Source: Myxococcota bacterium
GTDB lineage: Bacteria; Myxococcota_A; UBA9160; PR03
Assembly: GCA_041611735.1 (NCBI GenBank)
Contig: JBFIML010000009.1
Location: forward strand, 1 to 64,000
Reading direction: 5' to 3'
Length of the DNA: 64,000 nucleotides
In this document: positions 11,379 through 20,604 of the stretch, one piece after another
How positions within the stretch are numbered: the first letter of the stretch is position 1
How the letters are laid out: each line of letters starts with the position of its first letter
Translations under genes and position numbers: made by a program
Notes under the pieces: generated by a model
Database searches by the model: none
Seen by the model: only the letters and a program-made list of their open reading frames with translations
What the model was told of the DNA's origin: nothing

Positions 11379-11842
11379 GCGGGCTGCAACGCGCGTCCCG
11401 CCACCGCTCGCGGCAGGCGGCCCTCCAGGTGCTGTACGCCATCGACCTGGCCCGGCGGCGCGCGGCTGCCGACCCGCGCACCGCGGCGGCCGGAGCCTTC
11501 GAGGATGCGGCCGCCCACTTCGAGTTGCCGGAGGGAGCCCGCGCGTTCGCGAAGGAGCTCGTCACGGGGGTGGCCGCCGGGCTGGACGAGCTCGACTGCC
11601 TGCTGGCCGAGCACGCCACCCACTGGCGGGTGGAGCGCATGGCCGCCGTGGATCGCAACGTGCTCCGGCTGGCGGTCTACGAGCTGCTGCACACGGATAC
11701 GCCCACCGAGGTGGTGATCGACGAGGCCGTGGAGCTGGCGCGCCGCTTCGGCGGCGAGGCCTCGCCGGCCTTCGTGAACGGAGTGCTGGACTCCGTGGCG
11801 CGACGTCGCCCGGCGCCCGGCTCCCTCGCCCCCGAGGCCTGA
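11375..11842 (+). CDS. nusB: Transcription antitermination factor NusB
   Basis: RHRSRQAALQVLY, DRNVLRLA, VVIDEAVELARRFG, FVNGVLD. Confidence 0.95.
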   Translation: MSGLQRASRHRSRQAALQVLYAIDLARRRAAADPRTAAAGAFEDAAAHFELPEGARAFAKELVTGVAAGLDELDCLLAEHATHWRVERMAAVDRNVLRLAVYELLHTDTPTEVVIDEAVELARRFGGEASPAFVNGVLDSVARRRPAPGSLAPEA

Positions 11843-11970
11843 GGGCCGCGCGGGTCCCGAGTCCGTCCCCATCGGGTCAAGTCGCCGCCTCTCCGGCCGA
11901 TCTGGCCCTGGTGAACCCGTCCCGGGGGCGGGTGGTGCGCCCGTCCGTCCTGCCCCCCCGCGGAGGCTGC

Positions 11971-13539
11971 ATGAGCCTGGTCGGAAGTCTCGAGGATCTG
12001 GGCCTGGGGGAGATCCTCCAGATCATGGGGCTGTCCGGAAAGTCGGGAGTCCTCCGCGTGCGCTCGCCACAGGGCGAAGGGCGCATTCTCTTCGAGGGCG
12101 GCCTGGTCCGCGGGGCGCACCTGGCCGGACGGGCCTCGGACCTGCATGAGCTGCTGCGGGAGACCCGGACCCTGCCTGCCGAGGAGCTGGACGATCTGGT
12201 CGCCCGGGCGCGAGGGGAGGGGATCCCGCTCGAGAAGCTCCTCGTCGGCGCCGGCCTGCTCGATGCGGACGCCCTCGAGACGCTGCGTCGCCGGCAGGTA
12301 GAGACGGTGCTGAGCGGGATGTTCCGCTGGGTCGCCGGCGAGTTCACCTTCGAGGTGGGAGGCGGGGGCCCCGATGGCGATCTCCTGCTGCTCGCCGGCC
12401 TGAACGCCCAGTTCCTCGCCCTGGAGTGTGCGCGGCGCAACGACGAGGAGGATGCCGTCGGCGGGCCGTCGCCGGAGGATCTGGACCAGCGGGTGCCGGA
12501 GACGCCGGAGGTCGCCCCCGACGGGTCCGAGAGGGAAGTGACCTCGCGGGCAGCGGTGCCCCGCGCCGTCATCGTGATCGATGGCCACCGCGCCGTCCTC
12601 GAGTGGGCCAAGCGGGTGCTCCACGCCGGTCACGAGCGCATCCACGTCTTCCAGCGGCCCGAGCACGGGATCGCCCGCATCCGGCAGTATCTGTCGCGCG
12701 GAGAGCTTCCCGTGGTGATCGTGGCCGAGGACTCCCCCGCGGACCCCGTGAGCGGAGCCCCGGATGGCCGTGCCCTGGTGGAGCGCCTGCGCGTCCAGGC
12801 CCCCCGCATGCCCATGATCCTGCTGTGCCCGGCCGGCTTCGCGCCGGTCGGCTTCACGGCCGCCACCCTGGCCGAGCGGCCCGACGCGACCTGGCTCGCC
12901 GATCCCGCGGCGGCGGATCGCTGTGCCGAGCTGGCGGAGCAGCTGTGCCGGGCGGCGGAGGAGGCCACGTCCCAGGCGGAGGGTGGGGTGGGGGAGCCGC
13001 TGCCCCAAGCAGCGCGCCGCCGCCTGGCCAGCGCCGCGGCGCGGCTTCGCAAGGCGCCCGCGGGTGGCGACGTGCTGCGCCAGGTGCTCGACTTCGCGGC
13101 CGAGGACTTCCACCGGGTCGCGCTCTTCCGGATCCAGGACGAGCAGGCCGTGGGGCTGGCCCAGGCTGGGCTGCCCGCCGCCGGAGGACCCGACGACCCC
13201 GGCCTGCGTCAGGTCCGTCTGCCGCTCGATGCGGTGCCCTGGTTCCGAGCCGCCCTGGAGGTGCGGGCCGGCGTCCGGCGCGGCCCCCAGGGAGAGGGCG
13301 ACCGGCGCCTGGCCGCCTGCATCGGCGAAGTGGTGGCGCCCCAGGCCTATCTGGCTCCCATCGAGAGTGCCGGCCGGATCGTGGCCCTCCTCTACGCCGA
13401 CAACCTGCCCACCGGCGAGCCGCTGGCCGATACCCGCGCCCTGGAGGCCCTGCTGGCCGAGGTGGGCAGGGCCCTCGACGCCGTGCGGCCGGGTCGCCCC
13501 CCGGCCAGCGAGCGCAGCGGCATGACCAGCGCCCCCTGA
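11971..13539 (+). CDS. DUF4388 domain + degenerate receiver-like + GAF-like domain protein
   Basis: MSLVGSLEDLGLGEILQIMGLSGKSGVL...MFRWVAGEFTF (DUF4388 pattern); VIVIDG receiver-like segment; C-terminal YLAPIESAGRIVALLYADN (GAF-like). Confidence 0.75.
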   Translation: MSLVGSLEDLGLGEILQIMGLSGKSGVLRVRSPQGEGRILFEGGLVRGAHLAGRASDLHELLRETRTLPAEELDDLVARARGEGIPLEKLLVGAGLLDADALETLRRRQVETVLSGMFRWVAGEFTFEVGGGGPDGDLLLLAGLNAQFLALECARRNDEEDAVGGPSPEDLDQRVPETPEVAPDGSEREVTSRAAVPRAVIVIDGHRAVLEWAKRVLHAGHERIHVFQRPEHGIARIRQYLSRGELPVVIVAEDSPADPVSGAPDGRALVERLRVQAPRMPMILLCPAGFAPVGFTAATLAERPDATWLADPAAADRCAELAEQLCRAAEEATSQAEGGVGEPLPQAARRRLASAAARLRKAPAGGDVLRQVLDFAAEDFHRVALFRIQDEQAVGLAQAGLPAAGGPDDPGLRQVRLPLDAVPWFRAALEVRAGVRRGPQGEGDRRLAACIGEVVAPQAYLAPIESAGRIVALLYADNLPTGEPLADTRALEALLAEVGRALDAVRPGRPPASERSGMTSAP

Positions 13540-13623
13540 CGCGCCCAGAGTCTCAAGGGCGGCGCGCCTCTGACCGATACAACTGCCGATCCGTTCCGCC
13601 GTCCACCCCGGCGGGGAGGCGCC

Positions 13624-14007
13624 GTGCACCACATCCTCGTGGTCGAGGACTCGCCGACCATGCGCTCGCTGCTGGCCTCGACCCTGGAGGAGCTCGGCGT
13701 GCCGGCCAAGGTGAGCCAGGCCAACAGCGGGTTCGAGGCGCTGCGAGCCCTGCCGCGCTCCTGCTTCGACCTGATCGTGACGGACATCAACATGCCCGAC
13801 ATCAACGGACTCGAGCTGATCTCCTTCCTGCGGCAGAACCCCGCCTACCGCTCGATCCCGATCCTGATCATCTCGACCGAGGGCTCCGAGCGCGACCGCG
13901 AGCGCGGGCTCGGCCTGGGCGCCGACGCCTACCTGGTGAAGCCCTTCGAGCCGGAGGAGCTGCGCAGCCTCGCGCGAGAGCTGCTCGCTGCGAAGCGAGG
14001 CGGATAG
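13624..14007 (+). CDS. CheY-like single-domain response regulator
   Basis: ILVVEDS, DLIVTDINMPDING, IST, YLVKPF. Confidence 0.92.
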   Translation: MHHILVVEDSPTMRSLLASTLEELGVPAKVSQANSGFEALRALPRSCFDLIVTDINMPDINGLELISFLRQNPAYRSIPILIISTEGSERDRERGLGLGADAYLVKPFEPEELRSLARELLAAKRGG

Positions 14008-14011
14008 GCGC

Positions 14012-16060
14012 GTGGCGGGGCGACGCTCCCACTCCGGCCGGCGCAGCAAGGCGCAGCAGGAGTTCGTGTCCGAGGCGGAGGAGATCCTCGAACGCCTGCG
14101 GGCCGACCTGGCGGACCTGCTCGATGCCCGGGCGGGCGCCGAGGAGCCCGGTCCAGAGCTGGTCAACCGCCTGTTCCGCTCCGCCCACTCGCTCAAGGGG
14201 TTGGCGGGCGGCTTCGGCCGCGATGCCATGGGCGGCCTGGCCCATCGGCTCGAGGACCTGCTCGACGGCCTGCGCCTGGGCCGCGTCTCCCTCGACTCCC
14301 CGGCCATCGATCTGCTCGACGAGGCGATCGGTCTCCTGGCGGGACTGCTCGACGTGGAGGAGGAGCCCGGGGCGGCGCCGCTGGCGGGGGCGGCGGCGGA
14401 GATGGTGGAACGCATCCAGGCGGCGCTCTGCCAGGCGGATCCGACGCCCGGCGCGCAGCCGGTGGCCCACCTCGATCCCGCCCTGCGCCGCGCGCTCACC
14501 GAGTACGAGGAGCACCGGGTGCTCGAGAACGTGCGGCGCGGCCGCCACCTGCACCTGCTCGAAGCTACGCTCGACGTCCAGGCCTTCGAGGAGGGGCTGA
14601 CCGAGCTCACCCAGGCGGCGCGGGAGGGCGGCGAGGTGATCTCCACGCTCCCCGCCCCGGGTGAAGCCCCCGAGACCCAGATCCGCTTCACCCTGCTGGT
14701 GGCGAGCGACCTCGACCAGGACGCCTTCCGCACCCGGCTGCAGCTGCCCGACGCCAGCGTGCGCCGCGTGCACGCGGGGGGGCCGCCCGCACCGGCAGCC
14801 GAAGCGACCGCGGCCCCCCCGGCCCCGGAGCCGCCCGCCGGCCCCCGGGAGCTCACGTCGCTCAAGTCGATCAGCGGGACCGTGCGGGTCGACATCCGCA
14901 AGCTCGACGAGCTCATGAACCTGGTCGGGGAGCTCGTGATCCAGCGCAGCGCCCTCGGCGCCTTCGCCGGGCGCCTCGCCGCAGATGCCAGGACGGCGCG
15001 CCTCGGGACGGACCTGGGCAAGCTCCACCAGGGCCTGGACCGCCGCCTCCAGGATCTGCAAGCCGCGGTGCTCGACGTGCGCATGGTGCCCCTCGCCCAG
15101 GTGTTCGAGAAGCTCGCCCGCGTGGTACGCCGGCTGCGGCGCGACGAGGGCAAGGCGGTGCGGCTCGAGATCCGGGGCGCCGACACCGAGCTCGACAAGC
15201 TGATCGTGGAGGACCTGGTCGACCCGCTCATGCACGTGGTGCGCAACGCCTTCGACCACGCCATCGAGCCGCCGGAGGAACGCCAGGCGGCGGGCAAGCC
15301 CGCGGAGGGTCGCATCCGCATCGAGGCCTTCCAGCGCGGCAACCACGTGGTGATCCAGGTCTCGGACGACGGGCGCGGCATCGACGCGGAGGGGGTGCGT
15401 CGGCACGCCGTCCAGCGTGGTCTCGTCGCTCCCGACGAGCCCCTGGCGCGCAAGCGCCTGGTGGAGACCCTTCTCGTCCCGGGCTTCTCCACCCGCGACA
15501 CCGTCACCGCCACCAGCGGCCGGGGCGTGGGCCTCGACGTGGTGCGCACCAACCTCACCGCGCTCGGGGGTCTGCTGGATCTCGACTGGACGCCAGGGCT
15601 GGGCACCACGGTCACCTTCACCCTGCCCATCACGCTGGCCATCATCCAGGCCCTGATGGTGCGGGTGGGCGGGGAGCGCTTCGCGATCCCGCTGGCCTCG
15701 GTGCTGGAGACGCTGGTGGTGGAAGCGGCGCGTGTTCAGCGCAGCGAGGGCCGCGAGCTGCTGAACCTGCGCGGCGAGGCGCTGCCCCTGCGCCGGCTGG
15801 CCGACGAGTTCGGCCTCGTCGCCGACCCCGGGACCGAGGAGCTGCACGTGGTGGTGCTCGGTCTCGGCGGCGCCCGGCTCGGCCTGCTGGTGGACGGGCT
15901 CCTGGGCAAGCAGGACGCCGTCATCAAGCCGATCCAGGGTCCGATCCAACGGCTGCGCGGCATTGCCGGGGCGACGGAGCTCGGCAGCCACGACGCCGTC
16001 CTGGTCCTCGACGTCTCGGCACTGGTGGAAGACGCGCTCGCCAGGCCGGAGGCGGCATGA
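14012..16060 (+). CDS. cheA: Chemotaxis histidine kinase CheA
   Basis: Hpt FRSAHSLKG, VRVDIRKLDELMNLVGELV, HVVRNAFDHAIE, DDGRGID, PGFST, SGRGVGLDVV, C-terminal CheW-like domain. Confidence 0.96.
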   Translation: MAGRRSHSGRRSKAQQEFVSEAEEILERLRADLADLLDARAGAEEPGPELVNRLFRSAHSLKGLAGGFGRDAMGGLAHRLEDLLDGLRLGRVSLDSPAIDLLDEAIGLLAGLLDVEEEPGAAPLAGAAAEMVERIQAALCQADPTPGAQPVAHLDPALRRALTEYEEHRVLENVRRGRHLHLLEATLDVQAFEEGLTELTQAAREGGEVISTLPAPGEAPETQIRFTLLVASDLDQDAFRTRLQLPDASVRRVHAGGPPAPAAEATAAPPAPEPPAGPRELTSLKSISGTVRVDIRKLDELMNLVGELVIQRSALGAFAGRLAADARTARLGTDLGKLHQGLDRRLQDLQAAVLDVRMVPLAQVFEKLARVVRRLRRDEGKAVRLEIRGADTELDKLIVEDLVDPLMHVVRNAFDHAIEPPEERQAAGKPAEGRIRIEAFQRGNHVVIQVSDDGRGIDAEGVRRHAVQRGLVAPDEPLARKRLVETLLVPGFSTRDTVTATSGRGVGLDVVRTNLTALGGLLDLDWTPGLGTTVTFTLPITLAIIQALMVRVGGERFAIPLASVLETLVVEAARVQRSEGRELLNLRGEALPLRRLADEFGLVADPGTEELHVVVLGLGGARLGLLVDGLLGKQDAVIKPIQGPIQRLRGIAGATELGSHDAVLVLDVSALVEDALARPEAA

Positions 16061-16587
16061 GCCGATCCGATCCCACCCCGACCCAGCCGGGCCCCGGCCC
16101 CGCGGCCTGGCGGGAGCTGGCCCGCGCCGCCGTGGAGGCCCCCGGCGCCGGCGCCCCGGAGTTCGTGAACGAGCTGCTCGTGATCGAGCTGGCCGGCACG
16201 GCCTACGCGCTGCCCATCGAGCGCGTGCGGGAGATCGTGCGCCTGCGGGTCATCACCCGCGTCCCCCGCGTCCCGGCCGAGGTGCGGGGCGTCACCTCGC
16301 TGCGCGGGGAGATCTTCCAGGTGGTGGACCTGCGCCGGCGCCTGGGCCTGCCGGCGGCCGAGGCGGACCGGCGAGCGCGCATCGTGGTGCTGCACGGAGA
16401 CGAAGGGCGCACCACCGGTCTGCTGGTGGATGCCGTGCGCGAGGTGCGACGCGCCCCGGCGTCGAGCCTGCGACCCCCCGCGCCAGGGACGTCTCCCGCC
16501 GTCACCGCCTTGTGCCTGGCCGGCGAGGAGTTCGTGTCCCTGCTGGACGTGGACGGAGTGCTCGATCTTGGCCACGACGCCGCCTAG
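16057..16587 (+). CDS. cheW: CheW coupling protein
   Basis: YALPIERVREI, ITRVP, GVTSLRGEIFQVVDL, GLLVDAV. Confidence 0.92.
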   Translation: MSRSDPTPTQPGPGPAAWRELARAAVEAPGAGAPEFVNELLVIELAGTAYALPIERVREIVRLRVITRVPRVPAEVRGVTSLRGEIFQVVDLRRRLGLPAAEADRRARIVVLHGDEGRTTGLLVDAVREVRRAPASSLRPPAPGTSPAVTALCLAGEEFVSLLDVDGVLDLGHDAA

Positions 16588-17053
16588 CGCAGCGGGCAAG
16601 CTGGAGGTCGCCTGCCTCCGCGCCCACGGGCAGCGGTTCGGGATGGACGTGCGACGCATCCGCGAGATCGTACGCAGTCAGCCGATCACCCCCCTGCCCC
16701 AGGCGCCGCCGCTCATCGAAGGGGTGATCGACCTGCGTGGCACGATCCTTCCGGTGGTGGACCTGGGCCGCAGCCTCGGGCTCGGTCCGGTGGCCGAAGC
16801 GGCCGCCGCCCGCATCGTGGTGCTGGAGATCGACGGCCTGCGGCTCGGGCTGCGCGTGGAGGCGGCCGACGACGTGGTGACGCTGGACGCGGAGGGGGTG
16901 GAGGATCCGCCGGCCCTCACCGCACGCGCCGGCTACCGGGCGGTGCGCGCGGTGGTGCGTCGGCCCGGGGCGCCGCCCCTCTTGCTGCTCTCCGTCGAGC
17001 ACCTGATCGAGCAGCTGGCGGCCCCGGCTGCCGCCGCGCGGGGCGTGGGATGA
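16568..17053 (+). CDS. cheW: Second CheW coupling protein
   Basis: FGMDVRRIREI, ITPLP, EGVIDLRGTILPVVDL; start uncertain (TTG 16568). Confidence 0.88.
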   Translation: MATTPPSAAGKLEVACLRAHGQRFGMDVRRIREIVRSQPITPLPQAPPLIEGVIDLRGTILPVVDLGRSLGLGPVAEAAAARIVVLEIDGLRLGLRVEAADDVVTLDAEGVEDPPALTARAGYRAVRAVVRRPGAPPLLLLSVEHLIEQLAAPAAAARGVG

Positions 17054-19632
17054 GCCTCCGCGTTCCCGCACCGCCCTGGGAGGAGCTGCAGCGGCGGGCC
17101 GCCCGTTGGCAGGCGGCCGTCGGGCTCGCGGCCGGCGCCGGCCTGACCGGCTTCCTGATCCTCGCCTTGGAGCTCCCGCGGCCCGCCAGCGGGTTCCTGG
17201 TGGCCGCCGCGGCGGCCGCCGCGCTGGTGGCAGGGCTGCTGCGCGCCGGCGGGGATTTGCGCCGCTACGCGCCCCTCCGCCACTGGAGCGAGGCGTGTCG
17301 TCGCGGCGACGTCTCGGTGGCCCAGGAGCGCGACGCCCTGGTCATCCTGCTGGAGGCGCCGGCGGCGAGCTTCGGGCCGAACCTGTTGGGCTGGATGGGA
17401 GCGAGCGCCGCCCTGGGCGCCAGCCTGCGTTTCGCGCCCGGCGGCGCACCCCCGGATGCCTTCGGCCTGGTGCTCGCCGCGGGCACGGCGGTCGGCGTGG
17501 TGTCGAGTGCCCTGGCGGCCTTGCTGCTGAAACGCGCCGTGGAGCCGGCGTGCCTCGCCCTCGCCCAGGGCCTTCCCGCCGCAGAGGTGGCCACGCCGCG
17601 CCGCACGTCGCTGGTGCGCAAGAGCGTCGTGTGTGCCTGCGGGCTCGCCCTGGCTGCCGGCACGCTGGCCGCCGTGCACGGCGAGGCCCGCACGCGGCGG
17701 GCCCTGGAGCGAAGCGCCGCCCAGCTGCAGAGCCATCTCCTGGCCCGGCTGGCCGAGCGTCTTCCCGACGAAGGGTTCGAGGTCCTCCAGCGCCTGGGGC
17801 GCGAGGCCGTGGCCCTCGGCGTGGCCGGGCGGGTGCGGATGCTCGAGCCCGGCGATGCGGAGCTCGAGGCCCGCCTGGCGCGCGCCGGCTTCGACGCGGC
17901 GCCCGGTCACGCAGGCAACCTGGCCGACGCGGAGGAGCTGCTGACCTGGCGACGGCTCCCGGATGGCCGCGTGCTCGTGGCCAGCAGCCCCCGCGACGCC
18001 TGGCGGGGAGCCATCTGGGCCGATCGGGGGCTGATCGCGCTGCTACTGGTCTTCTGCGTGGCCGTGGCGGGCCTCGTCGCTGCCCTCCTGGCGGACGACG
18101 TGAGCCGGGCCGTCGCGAGCCTGCGCCGGGCCGTGGAGCGCCTGGCGGACGGCGACCTCGCCAGCTCGCCCCGGCTCGAGACGGACGACGAGGTGGGCGA
18201 GCTTGCTGCCGCCCTGGCCGAGGCGGTGGAGGGGCTGCGGAACGGGCTCGGCCCGCTGCTGGCCCAGGCGGTGCGCTTCGAGGCCGTGGCCCGGGAGGCG
18301 AGCGCGGCCCTCGAGGCCACGCCTGCCCTGGACCCCGAGGTCGCCGAAGCCCTCGGCCAGGCGCTGCGAACCCTGCAGGAGGGGGAGACGGGCGGGCAGG
18401 CCAGCCTGGCTGCGGCGCGGCAGCTCGCTGCCTGCGCCGACGAGTCGTTGGCCTCGGTGTTCGAACTGGGAACCAGCGGCGAGCAGCTCCGGCAGACCGC
18501 CTCGCTGCTGTCGAGCAAGGTGGACGACGTCTCGAGCTCCATGGGAGAGGCGGCCCGCAGCGTGACCCAGGTGAGCGACAGTGCGACGCTCCTGGCCCAG
18601 GCGGCGACGGGAACCTCGGCCTCCATGGCGCAGATGGTGCGCTCCATGCGCGACGTGGACGGGAACGCCGGGGAGATGACCCGTCTGTCCGCCCACATGG
18701 TACAGCTCGCCGAGCAGGGCCGGACGCAGGTGCGCGACACCATCTCCGGCATGGAGGCCATCCGCGAGGCCACCGATGCGGCCCAGCGGGTGATCCGCAG
18801 CCTGGGCGAGCGCGCCCGGGAGATCGGATCCGTCCTGGACGTGATCGACGACGTGGCCGACGAGACCAACCTGCTTGCGCTGAATGCGGCGATCATCGCC
18901 TCCCAGGCCGGGGAGCACGGCCGGGCCTTCTCGGTGGTGGCCGAGGAGATCAAGGCCCTGGCGGACCGGGTGCTGGCCAGCACCCAGGAGATCGGCACCC
19001 TGATCCGGGCTGTCCAGGAGGAGACCGGCAACGCGGTGGGGGCCATCGAGAGCGGCAGCGAGAGCGTGCTCGGCGGCGTGGATCTGGTGGCCCACGCGGG
19101 GGTCTCCCTGGAGCAGATCACCCGCGGCGCCCGGGAGAGTGGCGAGCGCATCGGGGAGATCGTGGCGGCGGTGCGCGAGCAGACGGGCGCGGCGGCGCAC
19201 GTGGCCGAACTCGTGGAGCGCGTGCGGGTCGGCGTGGAGCAGATCCGCTCCGCGGCCCGGGAGCAGGCGCGGGGTCACGAGCTGGTGGTGGAGGGCACCG
19301 AGACCATGCGCGAGGTGGCCGAGCAGGTGCGCCGCACCACCGAGGAGCAGGTGCGGGGCAGTGGCCACATCGGTCGCTCTCTCGAGAGCGTGCGCGAGGG
19401 CGCCGAGCGCACGCAGCGCACCCTGGCCCAGCAGCTGGAGGTGTCCCGGCGTGTGTCGAGGCTGCTCGCCACCGCGTGTGGCGAGGTAGGGCGCGGCCAC
19501 GCGGGGTGGCGGAGCTCGCGCGAGGCCCTGCAACGGCTGGCCCGGGAGGCAGAGGCGCTGCGCCGCGCGACCTGCAGCGTGCGCCTGGGTGTCGAGCCGG
19601 GCGGCTCAGACGGAGAACGCGACGGCCGATGA
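17050..19632 (+). CDS. Methyl-accepting chemotaxis protein with about six TM segments and HAMP
   Basis: Hydrophobic N-terminal segments, HAMP (LADGDL...DDEVGELA), signalling tip ETNLLALNAAIIASQAGEHGRAFSVVAEEIKALA. Confidence 0.93.
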   Translation: MSLRVPAPPWEELQRRAARWQAAVGLAAGAGLTGFLILALELPRPASGFLVAAAAAAALVAGLLRAGGDLRRYAPLRHWSEACRRGDVSVAQERDALVILLEAPAASFGPNLLGWMGASAALGASLRFAPGGAPPDAFGLVLAAGTAVGVVSSALAALLLKRAVEPACLALAQGLPAAEVATPRRTSLVRKSVVCACGLALAAGTLAAVHGEARTRRALERSAAQLQSHLLARLAERLPDEGFEVLQRLGREAVALGVAGRVRMLEPGDAELEARLARAGFDAAPGHAGNLADAEELLTWRRLPDGRVLVASSPRDAWRGAIWADRGLIALLLVFCVAVAGLVAALLADDVSRAVASLRRAVERLADGDLASSPRLETDDEVGELAAALAEAVEGLRNGLGPLLAQAVRFEAVAREASAALEATPALDPEVAEALGQALRTLQEGETGGQASLAAARQLAACADESLASVFELGTSGEQLRQTASLLSSKVDDVSSSMGEAARSVTQVSDSATLLAQAATGTSASMAQMVRSMRDVDGNAGEMTRLSAHMVQLAEQGRTQVRDTISGMEAIREATDAAQRVIRSLGERAREIGSVLDVIDDVADETNLLALNAAIIASQAGEHGRAFSVVAEEIKALADRVLASTQEIGTLIRAVQEETGNAVGAIESGSESVLGGVDLVAHAGVSLEQITRGARESGERIGEIVAAVREQTGAAAHVAELVERVRVGVEQIRSAAREQARGHELVVEGTETMREVAEQVRRTTEEQVRGSGHIGRSLESVREGAERTQRTLAQQLEVSRRVSRLLATACGEVGRGHAGWRSSREALQRLAREAEALRRATCSVRLGVEPGGSDGERDGR

Positions 19633-19716
19633 GGCATTCGGGAACATGAGGGCGCGGCGGGCCCCTGGGGGCTACCTGGGAATCCCGGCGCCCGGGAAGA
19701 TCCGGAGGAAGTTTCG

Positions 19717-20604
19717 ATGATCGCCAGCTGCCCCAAGTGCACGACCCGCTATCGCGTCGATCCGGAACGGGTGGGTCCCGACGGACTTCGCCTGCGCTGC
19801 ACGCGCTGCCAGGCCGTGTTCCGGGTCCGGACCCCAGGCGGCGCCGCCCCGCCGTCCGCGCCCGCCGAGCAACCGCAGCAGGATCGCCGTCGGCTCGTCC
19901 TGGTGGCCGATCCGAATGCCGAGCGGGGCAAGGCGACCGCCGCGGCCCTGGGCCGCTCGGGGCTCGAGACGGTGGTTGCCCACGAGGGCGTGGAGGCGAT
20001 CCTCACCCTGCAGCGCACGGGGCCCCGAGCGGTGGTGCTCGATGCGGCGCTGCCTCGCATGGACGCCAGCCAGATCTGCGAACTCGTGAAGCGCAACGAG
20101 AGCCTGCGCTCCACCTGGGTGGTGCGGGTCGGTGCGCCCGACGACCGACCCCGATCCGGCGACCCCTACGGTCCCGACGCCAGCGTGGAGCGCGGCGAGC
20201 TGCCGACCGCGCTCCTGCCGCTGCTGCGGGGCTTCGGCCTTCCGGTCCGCGAGCCCGCCAGCGAGACACCCGGGCCGGCTCCCCGCCCCCTCCAGGCGCC
20301 GGCGGCGGCTCCCTCCCAGGCCCCCGGGCCGTCGGTGCCGCCTGCCCCGGTCGACGACGAGCTCGCCCCGGAACGGGCCAAGGCGGAACGGCTGGCGCGC
20401 ATCATCGTGTCGGACATCGTGCTCTACAACGAGCAGAAGTTCTCGGCCGCGCTGGCGGCGGGCGACGTCCTGCGGGCCCTGGCCAACGAGCTCGACGAGG
20501 GACGCGCCCTGCTTGCGCAGCGCGTGGACGAGCGCGTACGCCGGGAGCGCGATCACGTGGGCGACGAGCTGCAACGGGTGGTGCGGGCGCGGAGCGCTTC
20601 GTGA
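19717..20604 (+). CDS. MJ0042-type zinc-ribbon + atypical receiver domain protein
   Basis: CPKCTTRYRV...RCTRCQAVF, VLVAD...VVLDAALP, C-terminal AERLARIIVSDIVLYN. Confidence 0.8.
   Translation: MIASCPKCTTRYRVDPERVGPDGLRLRCTRCQAVFRVRTPGGAAPPSAPAEQPQQDRRRLVLVADPNAERGKATAAALGRSGLETVVAHEGVEAILTLQRTGPRAVVLDAALPRMDASQICELVKRNESLRSTWVVRVGAPDDRPRSGDPYGPDASVERGELPTALLPLLRGFGLPVREPASETPGPAPRPLQAPAAAPSQAPGPSVPPAPVDDELAPERAKAERLARIIVSDIVLYNEQKFSAALAAGDVLRALANELDEGRALLAQRVDERVRRERDHVGDELQRVVRARSAS

Noticed and set aside
11677..15645. 1322-aa antisense ORF and the many other long overlapping ORFs in the track
   Set aside because: Shadow frames expected from stop-codon scarcity at very high GC; no recognisable motifs, and they overlap well-supported genes.
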